The translations under genes and the position numbers were made by a program. A stretch of 64,000 bases of DNA from Oopsacas minuta (taxonomy: Eukaryota; Animalia; Porifera), in the NCBI GenBank assembly GCA_024704765.1, contig JAKMXF010000011.1, positions 124,001-188,000 on the forward strand. Direction: 5' to 3'. This document shows, one piece after another, positions 54,270-64,000 of this stretch (the stretch's first letter is position 1; each line of letters starts with the position of its first letter). A model generated the notes under the pieces. It saw only the letters and a program-made list of their open reading frames with translations. It was not told the DNA's origin and searched no databases.

Positions 54270-56527
54270 AGTATTTTAACTCTCTAACATGAGTGCGTTT
54301 TGTTTACTTTAGGACTTGTAATCAGCAATGTACTGTTTGGTAATGATTTTCATGTTCAAATTAACTTATCAACACATCACTACGTGTTTAAATCTATTAC
54401 AAGAGCTGTAGGTAAATTTGCATATAATGAACAACACAACTTGTTCGGAAAAAGCAAAAAGTGTAAATACGTCAAAAAGCATTGATGATATGGAAAAACT
54501 AACACGATTTTTGAATTCAGCGACGCAAAAAACATAAGGGAACATCAAAAATTGAAGCCAAACAAAATTTGTGTTACGTAGTGTAATATAAAACGTCAAC
54601 GCTCCTTGGAAAGGAAACCATTAAACGATTCAGATAGCTTACCGCTTAAGCAGAATGGTCCCCGATTTCAATATTTATCTTAGATAGTTCGTTGGCTAGA
54701 TGCGTGGAGGGTATTAGGGGTTCCGCAAGGAAATTTAACACCTCAAACTATCACAAGCTTTCGACATTCCTGCTTAACACATCTCAAAGTTGTTGAATAC
54801 CTTACAGAATATAATGGTTAAGTTATGTACTCTGTTCATTTGTGCAAAATTATCCTATCGAGCATTCTTTTGGGTGTACAGACAAATGTCAGGATCGAAT
54901 TATAGTACGTATATCAGTTTGTCAAGTACTTGAGAGCGAGAGGAGCTTAAAACTATCCAATAATCCAAAACTCTTAGATGGTTAAGCTACAATCCGAAAG
55001 GATGGAGATACATTTATGGAATTCTTAAATACCTTCACATCTGATAAGATTCCAGATTGTAGAGACTATGTTTACATGCATATGTATTCTTAAATACTCA
55101 AAAATGAATATTGGGATCCAGACATGGCAACATAGCAAGCATTGGCGCTTATCTCTGGTTATGCAACCATCTCAGTCATGAAAAACAACTCGACAACCAG
55201 TTATCCCTGGTGTATTGGAGTGAAATGCCTTTTGCCTAGCAGGCTATGATGTATCTCATATTGAATTAATCATTGAAGACATGCAAATCCGATTTAAGTA
55301 CTTGATTGAGCTGATCATACCAAATTGGGTGACAAATCCATTAGACAAAACCTACAAATGGTGATGTTTGAATTCCAAGAAGAACTAGCTGATGTGCAAA
55401 CAGTTATAATACCTTGACTATAATTTAACCGACTTGGTATTAAATTTTCTGGATATGAACGCAAAATATTTTGAGCATGCCACTGTTATGGCAAAGACAT
55501 CTGGTTCTGGCATTCCCGACTTGATATTAAGTTGAGAAGGGCTTCAGTGGAGTGAAGATTTTACATACTAAGAGAGAAATAGATTGCAAATCACAAAATC
55601 TGGTGATCTAAGGTTGTCAACAAAGTTCAAACCGAATGCAGAGAAACTTGTAAATGGGCATCAATATCAGGGATCGCATTATCAGGAATTATTCAAGATG
55701 ACAACAAGTAATTCGATATTCAATATAATTCTACACATAAAAATAATGTGAAACATGCAATCCGAATTAGGAGAATACAGGGGGCGATGGAAATTTAATT
55801 AGCCCCAAACTGGGCGCTGAGTATACAAAGATTGAGAATCATTGCTCTATACTATATATTAACAGGATATCTATAGTAAACCGGCAATCGACGACATGTC
55901 ATTTACAAGCAATTTCTTCGGAACGCCGGCAAACGAAGTGTTTTAAGGTAAGCTGGCTTGATCAATGAATGTTACAAGAAAATTGCAATAGATGCGAATC
56001 TTATATTAAATCATAATTATTTAACCAAATATATCAAGGAACGAATACTTCAAAGTACATGGCTTACAACTCACCTGGTTAAATAGCACCATGGATGGCG
56101 TGTAGATGGCAATAATTTCGAATATATGGTTCAAACAAATTTACAATTTTAGTAAGCCCGTTAAATGTATAATCAACACATGTAATGTTTGTATTGTGAA
56201 AGATTTACTATATCATCATCTGAATACGAAGAAAGCTATTTTGGATGGTTTGAGTAGATTTCCAGGCAGTTTTTAACCCTGTAATAAGTAAGTTAGGTCT
56301 TCGAGGTTTTGGTATCATGATAACATTTGGCAGTTTCGAAAAATGTGAAACTTTGATGTAATGCAGATACATTCTTCTGTTGCTATACAAATGTCTGTGA
56401 ACAGTTTCTAGCCATGTCTGGATTCGCTAGAATCTGCTCATGTATCCGCAATCATGATAGCCAACGGTTAACAGTTAGCAAGTATAATAAATAGTGTCAC
56501 TATTGCTTAACAGACCCATCTTAATTA

Positions 56528-58764
56528 CACTGTCCAACAAATTTTTAGCATTTTTTGCTACTGGAAAACACTATAGTGTTCTCATGTATTCAAGCATCCT
56601 GATTCCAAATATCTAATCAGTTTTCTCTATCAGGCAACGATTTTGAAAATTCAATATTTTGATTTTTCATTGTCCCAGTGTATTCCTATAAATATATCTC
56701 TTTAGTTTGGCTAATCAAATGCATACTTATGATTTAATTACAATGAAAATCGTCAATTGATTTAGCATTTATTATACTAATTTAGAAATGCTTGGAATAT
56801 GATTTTCTTTTGTATGTGGCATCAGGAATATCTCTTTTTAGTGACCAACAATAACCAGCCATCATGTTTGGAGAGAATTTTCCATTGTAACGACTTTCCA
56901 TTGTGCTTTTATCTTGATGAAATCTTTCACCATATTCAACACTCACAGAACCTAGATTTTTCGGAAAGAATTGCAAATGTGAGTGAAGAAAGTGTATTTT
57001 TTTAGAGACATATTACATCCCATTGTTCTGAATGCATCAAGTAGTGTCACAACAATTTCTTCATAAATTGGTGATTTCTTAGTTCCTAAAAAAGTTCTCA
57101 TTTAAAGATTTGAATGAATTCCATGCTGTTTTCAGGACAGAATTTAGACATGCTTCGAAGTTTAGATCCTTGAATAGTTCTCTAATTTGGGGACCTATAA
57201 ATATCCCTTCCTTGATTTTAGCATCTCTGACCTTTGGAAATTTGTCCTTGAGGTATTTGAAACCTTCTCCTTCTTCATTGTATTTTACTATCGCCTTTAC
57301 AAAGTTTTTCGTCAAAACCAGTTTTATGTGTAGAGGTGGTAATAGAATTTTCTCAGGATTTACTAAGGACTGACAACTTACACTCTTTGTACCAGCAGTT
57401 AATTGATGTCGTAGTGGCCACTCCTTAACTATATAGTGGGATTGCCTTGCTCTACTATCCTACTCACAGAGGAAGCAACAATATTTCGTGTATCCAGGTT
57501 GCATACCCAACAAAAGTCCAATAACCTTCAGATCACCACAGATGTGCCAATTATAAGAGAAATATCTGATCAGTTTCAATAAGATATCCATATTCTCAAG
57601 AGACTCCTTCATGTGTACTGAATGACCTATCGGTATGGATGGTAATACATTACCTTTGTGAAAAAAGACTGCCTTGAGGCTGTACTTAGAAGAATCAATG
57701 AAGAGACGCCACTCTGATTGTTCGTGTTGAACACCTAATAACTCCATCAGACGATCCACATTGTTACAATAACATAGAGGCCCCTGCATTTCAAAATGTA
57801 CAGAGAAATCACTTTGACGGGTCCTGAAAAATGAAACTTTAGTTTCCTCATCTAATAAGTTCCAAACTTTCAATCTTGACCCAAGCAATTCACTTTGATC
57901 TTTTGTCAAATTCAAGTCCCTAACCAAATCATTCAGCTCACTTTGATTAATGATGTGGGGAAGTCTTGTTTTATCAGGTGGCATAGGCGGAGGTATAAAT
58001 TCCTCATCATCTTGATCCAACATAGCATATTCAACAGTATCGTCATCAAAGGAAACTTTCTTAGGCTTGGATACTTCGAATTCTGTAGAATGCTCAACAG
58101 GACGAATCGCAGATTGAAGATTGGATAACATATATTCTTTTTGGTCTTAGAAGTGATTCCTTTTATATCAGTCAAACAGAAATAACAATCAGTATAATGA
58201 TCTCTTGGTTCCCTCCATATCATGGAAATAGCAAATTGCATTGAAGTACTGAGCCATTTAGCCATTTACTAAGTCCTATTGCACATTTTGAGCAACAAAA
58301 ATGAGGTGCCCAAGGCTTATCTTGATCACCAATCTTGCAACCAAAATATTGCTCATATCCTTTGTGTACAAGGGGAGACATGTCTCTCCGCTGAAATTTT
58401 GTAGTAAATTCTCCACAAATATAACAGAAAGAATCGGTTGTGTTTGAACATCGACGAGACATTATTGAAAGGAAATAAATACAAATACAATCAGATAATC
58501 TCCTCTTGAAAGAGCAAGTAATATTCTATATATTTTAAGAAAATTTGAATTGTTAGACAATATATGCGGAAGGTATCAATACATATACAATTATGCATTC
58601 TATAGAGATCTATGGAAAATGATTTTGGAAATTTCTGAATTTTACAAATTCTCTGCCTGAAAGAGAAAAACTGATTGGATATTTGGAATCAGGGTACTTG
58701 AATACATAAGAAACATTACCGTGTATTCCTGAAGCAAAAAATGATGAAAATTTGTTAGACAGTG
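56528..58764 (-). mobile_element. CMC-Chapaev3 DNA transposon, degraded
   Basis: TTA|CACTGTCCAACAAATTTT ... revcomp CACTGTCTAACAAATTTT|TTA. MSRRCSNTTDSFCYICG (58462), WREPRDHYTDCYFC, FIDSSKYSLK, CGDLKV, PLHIKL, SVEYGERFHQD, with frameshifts and stops. Confidence 0.9.
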
Positions 58765-61700
58765 TTATACATATATGTAATTCTCAATCTTTTAACTGTC
58801 CAGAATATACGCAAATATTATGACCGAGTATTGAAACAATTGCCAGGATTTTACATTACTATATAACAATAAAATTGGATTCATGATTTGTATTTATGTA
58901 ATTACATTGAGCTGCATGATTTCTTTGTGTGTTTACTAGTACGTATTTATAGAATCCCTGTTAGGTAATAAGAACAATAAATTGAGATTATACCAATATA
59001 CTTAAAGGAATAGACAATTCCCTGAGATACTCATAGTAGTGATACATTCATTTGTATGTAAATAATAGCAGAGCATTAAATGACAATAAAATATAGTATT
59101 TATAGTGTAATTTGCATAATAATCTAATAATTGAAGAAATATGAAATAGAAGTGTAAAAGAAACCAAAATAACTGTAGTTCCTATGTTTATAAACCATAA
59201 TAGTAAGTACTTACGTAAGAATTATCCCTTAGTTAGCAATATTCAAAAGTCAAGCAACCCAGGTAGGTTATTTGAAGTCTTATTATGTTGGAACTTAAGT
59301 TCGAACATAAGTCTCGGTGAATACCACTTAAGTTCGAACTTAGTAATTCGGTCTTAAGTACGAAATTAAGTTGGCCTAACATATTAGTGATTACTGCCGA
59401 TGAAATATTGGCCACCCTTATTGGCCCCATTTGTGGAACCGATTTTAATGTTCTCACCTAAATGGAACAATACGCATAATATTCAACTCAATACTCATCC
59501 ACCAAGATACAAAGTGCGATAATTCAAACTCTTGGAACCATAATTTGTACGACGGGGACTATTACATATACACTACCCTTCACCTTAGCGCCTAGCCCTC
59601 AATATATATAACTATACGTATAATAAAAACTAATAGAGAGATCCATCAGGACGACTTAGAAAATATTTCTAATACTTCGTAGGCATATTCATTCGATATA
59701 GACGTTTTTGTAAATTAAATTTGAATAAATATTTAAACTCTCTGTGCTATAACCATCCAAAGTTGAGAGTGAGAGTGAAGGGCATGCATATACCCAAAAT
59801 CAAACTTAAATTATCTCTTTTTGAAAATAGATAGAAGAGATTTGGAGGTTATTGAAATTTCGGATAATTACTAAATAGTTGAAGACAATGCTCGAACTAA
59901 TGTTTGTAAAATCCTGAAATTCTGTGATTTTGTCTCCAATACAAGTAAGGTAATAATTATTTAATATTTAAAATCAGAATTACGGACATTTTGAGCCAAT
60001 TTTCTAAAATCTAATTTATGGTCTGAAAAAATATTTGATATTTGAAAAATAGTTGACACCATTACCTTCGTTTGTATATGTTATAAAATAAACATACTTA
60101 TTAGTAACTGTGATTTATGTCAATGAAATCGATGAAATAAAATGATGTTTGCCTATTCTAAATAATGTTAATTATTTTGCTTTTTGTTGCTTCGCAACTT
60201 GCTTGCAATCCTATATAGTGTTAATATTTCGTATTCCTTACAATTGTTTCTTGATTCTAATCAATACACCTTTGAAATTATACGTACGCGCCCTTGTTCT
60301 TACGTAACTTCATCTTAGTTATGATTTCTCTTGAGCGTGCTGATATTGGGCTGCGCTCACTTTACAATTCCTATCTCCATAGCACCTGGCTCACTCTTAC
60401 CCTCGAATACCTATTTCATGCTACTATTTTCTGGATTGTGTCATCTTTTCACCCCATTTTCCAGGTATTGAGATTTAATCAGTACCCCCAACTCAACTGA
60501 CAATACACATCACGAACAAGGTAATCCATAAGATTTTTCCCCAAGTACAGAATACACTGCTTGACCAAAGGTATTGTAATACCCTTCATTTTTGACACAT
60601 GGCACCAAAGGCATGCTACCTTAATTGTATAGGCTAAAGATGATTTCTAACAACTTTGAACATAAACATATGTGAGCATAAATCCAAGAATATTTCCTTC
60701 TCTCGGGGATCAATATGCCAATGTGTGGATTGTTCAAAGACCTGACAGGAGGCACAAGAGATAATTGAAGTGGACAAAATGCGATCCACATTCAGAGATG
60801 CTCTGGCTGACGCATCTGGATCAGAACGTTAAGCAATTCCCTGATCTACAACGGAATCGTTGAAAGTGAGTTTTTGATGCTCCCTTAGGAATATCATTTT
60901 TCTAGGCTAGATATTGATAAGAGAGCATCATTATTTACTTCTGCTATTATTAAAGATAGGAGTAAAAATTTTGCCAATGCCTAAATTTTCTATCATACTT
61001 TGGCAATCTGAAGTTCCGGGATCTTGAATAAAATTACAAGGCAATAATCTTATAATTCATAGGCTTCTTCAACCACTGATTTATTATGTATGACACAATG
61101 AAAATCACAACGTTATTCAACTCGAAATGAATCGAGTGGAGGTCAAATTGGCACTACGATTAATGACTTCTGAACACAAGTTGTGAGAATATGGGACTCA
61201 ATTTTAAGGGTGTTTTCGGAATGCAAAGGAGAATTTTTCAATCCTCATAACATGATATTCTGAATGTTTAGGAAAACAAAAATAATTCATAATCTAGTAG
61301 CAAAGTATTGATGATTAGTTTTGTGGTTGATCATGGTAAATCCTGAATACAGTTTAATTTATCAGAATTTTGGAAGAAATATCTATACAATAAAATCGCA
61401 ATTAAACTGTACTACCGCACTTCGCTTGTTAAGTGGCTGCTCGACAGCTGAGGAACTCAGGTTAGCTTAAGTATTGAACCAACTCATTTCTTGATGCTCT
61501 TGATCGCTATGCGACGGGATATACTTGGGACTCATTCCATAGGGACCAATTTGTTATGGAATTATGAATTTTGTATCATGCATGGTCCAGGCAAATTCCA
61601 CTTAAAGGATTTCTGTGATAAAAGTGACGCTCTTACGTGAGTAATCGGGCACTTTGTGACTGGAAAATATTGTAATTGTCAGAAATATCCAAATTCGGGA

Positions 61701-61772
61701 AATTTAAGGTTCATTGTATAGTTATGAAGGCGTAATTATCCTATAATGAATTAGCATTTGGAAAGAATCATG

Positions 61773-64000
61773 CACAGTGGCTTTAAATGCCAATCGGTAG
61801 GCTTTAGGGTCTTGGGTGCATTTAAAGTGCATAAAATGTATTATGTATCTATGGGTTATTGCATACAACTAGTTGATTGACAGCAAAATATTTTTGGTAT
61901 GGCTTCTATTTTTTGAGTTATGATCACGTAAGCAAAATTTGCGAAACATATAAACCAGCGTAATCTATTTAGGTTGGAGATAGGGGTACACAATATATTA
62001 TTTACTTATGGGTAATCACTATTTATAGTAGATTGACCAGATTCAGTATTTATATGGCTTCTATTATTCTTGTTATGATGACGTAAGCAAAATTCTAAAA
62101 GTTGAATTCCTGAAATATCTGTGTTATTTCAGGTATTTAGACAAGAGTTTTACACTAAAATTATGTACCAAGGGGTAAAGTGTCTAGAATATCAATTTAA
62201 CTTTCTTTTTGCTGTATATTATTACGACTATAGCAATTTTATGTATGAAACGAAAAAATTGAAATTTTGGAATTTTAGGGTGACTTGGACATTTTGCGTG
62301 TTCTCAATACCTTACGGTTATTTATCCTGTAAATTTAAATAAAACTATTGTAGCCTTATTGCGACCCAAGTGTTTCGTCCTGGCATGGACTCCTCAGTTG
62401 CGTCGCCTTTTCCGAAATACACTTCAGATGGATCAGAGTTACTTAACGTTTTCGCCACTGGGGATATGCCGTTGCGGGTCACGTTTCCATTATCTGGGCT
62501 CGCCATGATTGGGATTGCGTTGCCTGAATAGCCTCGGACAGAGGTCCCCACAAGGTTTAATGTACCTTGCCTTTGAGCGCTTTCGAAAACTCTTTGTATG
62601 GAAGTTGAAGATCGAAGGCAAGACGCTAATCAAATATTAAAGAATTAAATAGTATGTCTCGATCGATAGTCTGGTGAAGCAAATTTGTACATTTCAGCCT
62701 GCAGGTGTGTCCGATTCTTCCACATTCCTTACCTCAAGGACATTGCGAAAACCTATCAGAACTGGATCGCTTTGGCTCAACAGACGGACAAATATATCTC
62801 TGGAATTTGTTGTGAATCAAATTTTCCTCGCAAGATGTTCACGATATCTTCGGATTAATTTATTGCAAGCCTCCACTGCTTCTTCAGAGAAATTCTTTAA
62901 TCCAAATCCTCCATTACAATCTCGAACTAGTTCAGTGGAGTGGGCAAGTAGACGATGGAGAGATGGAGTAACATTTGCCCAAGGAAAGTTAGAGAGTATC
63001 GATTCGTAGGTGTCCTTACAAAGAGAATTCAGTTTGTCTGTATCTACTGCATGATCACAGTTGAAGATACGCAATAGAACTGATAGATTACTATGCAAAG
63101 TATTAATTGGCTCTCTCATATCTTCTGAAATCAAAGTGGAAACCCAATAAATTAAGTTATTTTTATTGAGAAAACACTGTCTTGCCATATTTCCAGTTGA
63201 AGTTGTTCCTCCATCACTGGATGGTTGATCGATTCTCAGCCCTGTTTTCTCGCATAAGAACTCCCGGGTAAATTTCATTGACTCCTTTATCACTCTAGAA
63301 GTTGGCCACCATTTAAAAGTACCTGAACGAATGTGGTATATAAGAAGCATAAACCAACGAAAGACACAAGTATAGGTATGTAGTGGTGATGCTGGTATTA
63401 TATCAATCTCAGATATGGGTTCGTGTGTTAAACCACAACGATCTTTCGAAGGTAGTAATAAATAGTTTTTTGTGTCCACAATAGAGAATATTTCCTTTGC
63501 TGAAGTTATCGTCCTGTTGATAGGAAACCCTGATCGGACAAGTTCTAAATCTGTTAATTCTGCAAAACTTGCAGTACAAAGTTGGCAACTTGCACCACCT
63601 GCTCCACTCAGGATACCAAACATTTTCCCATCAAACATTGTACGGAGAATTTCAACTCTAACATTACCATATGGTAGCTCTAGTCCGTCCTTTTCAATGT
63701 TAGTCACCTCAGGATTGATCATAAGATCCATTAAGAATTTAGTATTCTTTTTGTTTTCCTTTTGAGCTACTAATGCCATTGGTCTGACACAGAATGGTGA
63801 ATTAGGAATTTGGTTTGACCAAAAGGTATTTCCATCAGAATCAATAATTGATAGCATCTTGAAGGCAAAGAGAATGAAATTTTTTGTATTAAATTGTGGG
63901 TTCCCATAGAACTGGTTGTAAATTTTATGACAACCGGAACCATCTAATCCATCTGCGATGGTAAGCTCTAACGGATATTTTGGACCATCGGGACATAAGT
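61773..64000 (-). mobile_element. Transib/RAG1-like transposon (3' part; 5' part lies beyond the window); terminus CACAGTG
   Basis: CACAGTGGCTTTAAATGCC at 61773; ~42-bp subterminal direct repeats at 61898-61939 and 62053-62094; transposase on the minus strand. Confidence 0.85.
62626..64000 (-). pseudogene. Transib/RAG1-core transposase: open from the window edge to a premature TGA at 62817, then a frameshifted Cys/His-rich tail
   Basis: ADGLDGSGCH, SPFCVRPMAL, MFDGKM..GAGGASCQLC, SPLHTY, TGNMARQCF, PSLHRLLAH, SEEAVEACNK, RK(I)*FTTNSRDIFVRLLSQSDP, then (G/C)KECGRIGHTCRLKC. Confidence 0.88.

Larger units (their letters stand above)
51956..54583 (+). mobile_element. CMC-Chapaev3 DNA transposon, apparently full-length (2628 bp)
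   Basis: TAA|CACTACGTAACAAATTT ... AAATTTGTGTTACGTAGTG|TAA; subterminal GCTGA.TC..AAA motifs at both ends. Confidence 0.93.
48224..55248 (+). mobile_element. P-element superfamily transposon (THAP domain plus P transposase pseudogene), split by Tc1 and Chapaev3 insertions
   Basis: Imperfect ~30-bp TIRs CATAACCT...AAGGCCTATTCAC / CATAGCCT...AAGGCATTTCAC; perfect 7-bp TSD ATGTATC. THAP: PKSCSEPRCQTGY, LCAKHF, GALPKCLPNCPTYL (48457-48905). Core: HPSDNQ..F.FVHI.KNIRNNWLNQK (50220-50310), APRLTYNACWPS..ERQ (51812-51940), WLDAW...LTPQT, PIEHSFG..RQMSGSNY (54640-54960). Confidence 0.85.
46761..55844 (+). mobile_element. hAT Charlie/Buster (SCAND3-like) element, degraded; outer shell of a nested stack
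   Basis: Perfect 8-bp TSD CTCTATAC at 46753-46760 and 55845-55852; decayed TIRs TAGGCTTTCTCAAC / CAATGATTCTCAAT. Coding RFDSIVQFLN...IAYL...LQLQG (47940-48223) continues as VSH..LIIEDMQIRF...IPNWVTNP...EKGFS (55249-55680) once the P element is removed. Confidence 0.8.

Noticed and set aside
36708-55852. Identical 8-mer CTCTATAC before the hAT end at 36716 and after the hAT end at 55844, suggesting a 19-kb macro-transposon
   Set aside because: A third CTCTATAC precedes the hAT left end at 46761, whose coding sequence is continuous with the 55-kb end. The interval also contains a collinear OGDH exon. The 8-mer fits the Charlie NTCTANAN target preference.
61773-62625. Complete ProtoRAG (RAG1L plus RAG2L) or a full RSS with nonamer
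   Set aside because: No kelch or PHD coding is recognisable, the space is too short, and no ACAAAAACC-like nonamer lies 12 or 23 bp from the heptamers.

Overview
AT-rich eukaryotic, metazoan-like genomic DNA with two assembly gaps (10964-11860, 14973-15069). The only recognisable host gene is 2-oxoglutarate dehydrogenase E1 (OGDH) on the minus strand. It is present as three consecutive internal exons (46041-46270, 28552-28686, 16756-17049; 659 coding bp in total) separated by 17.4-kb and 11.5-kb introns. Most of the remainder is a pile-up of DNA transposons, many with TIRs and TSDs readable by eye: hAT (Charlie/Buster, Tip100/ZMYM1-like and a long-TIR hATm-like element), Tc1/mariner (DD37D maT x2, DD37E x1, pogo/Tigger x3), CMC-Chapaev3 x3, Transib/RAG1-like x3, one THAP-bearing P element, Harbinger-type and MULE-type MITEs, and a LINE remnant. 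Two nested stacks can be fully reconstructed: maT<hAT<Chapaev3 at 6.8-13.7 kb, and hAT<P<[Tc1, Chapaev3] at 46.8-55.8 kb. Highlights: (1) a Transib/RAG1-core transposase with all catalytic and Zn-ligand residues, a perfect RSS heptamer CACAGTG terminus and a RAG1L-CTT-like Cys/His tail; (2) an apparently intact, spliced, potentially autonomous Chapaev3; (3) a pogo element one nucleotide away from intact. Family assignments come from motif recognition, not database searches.
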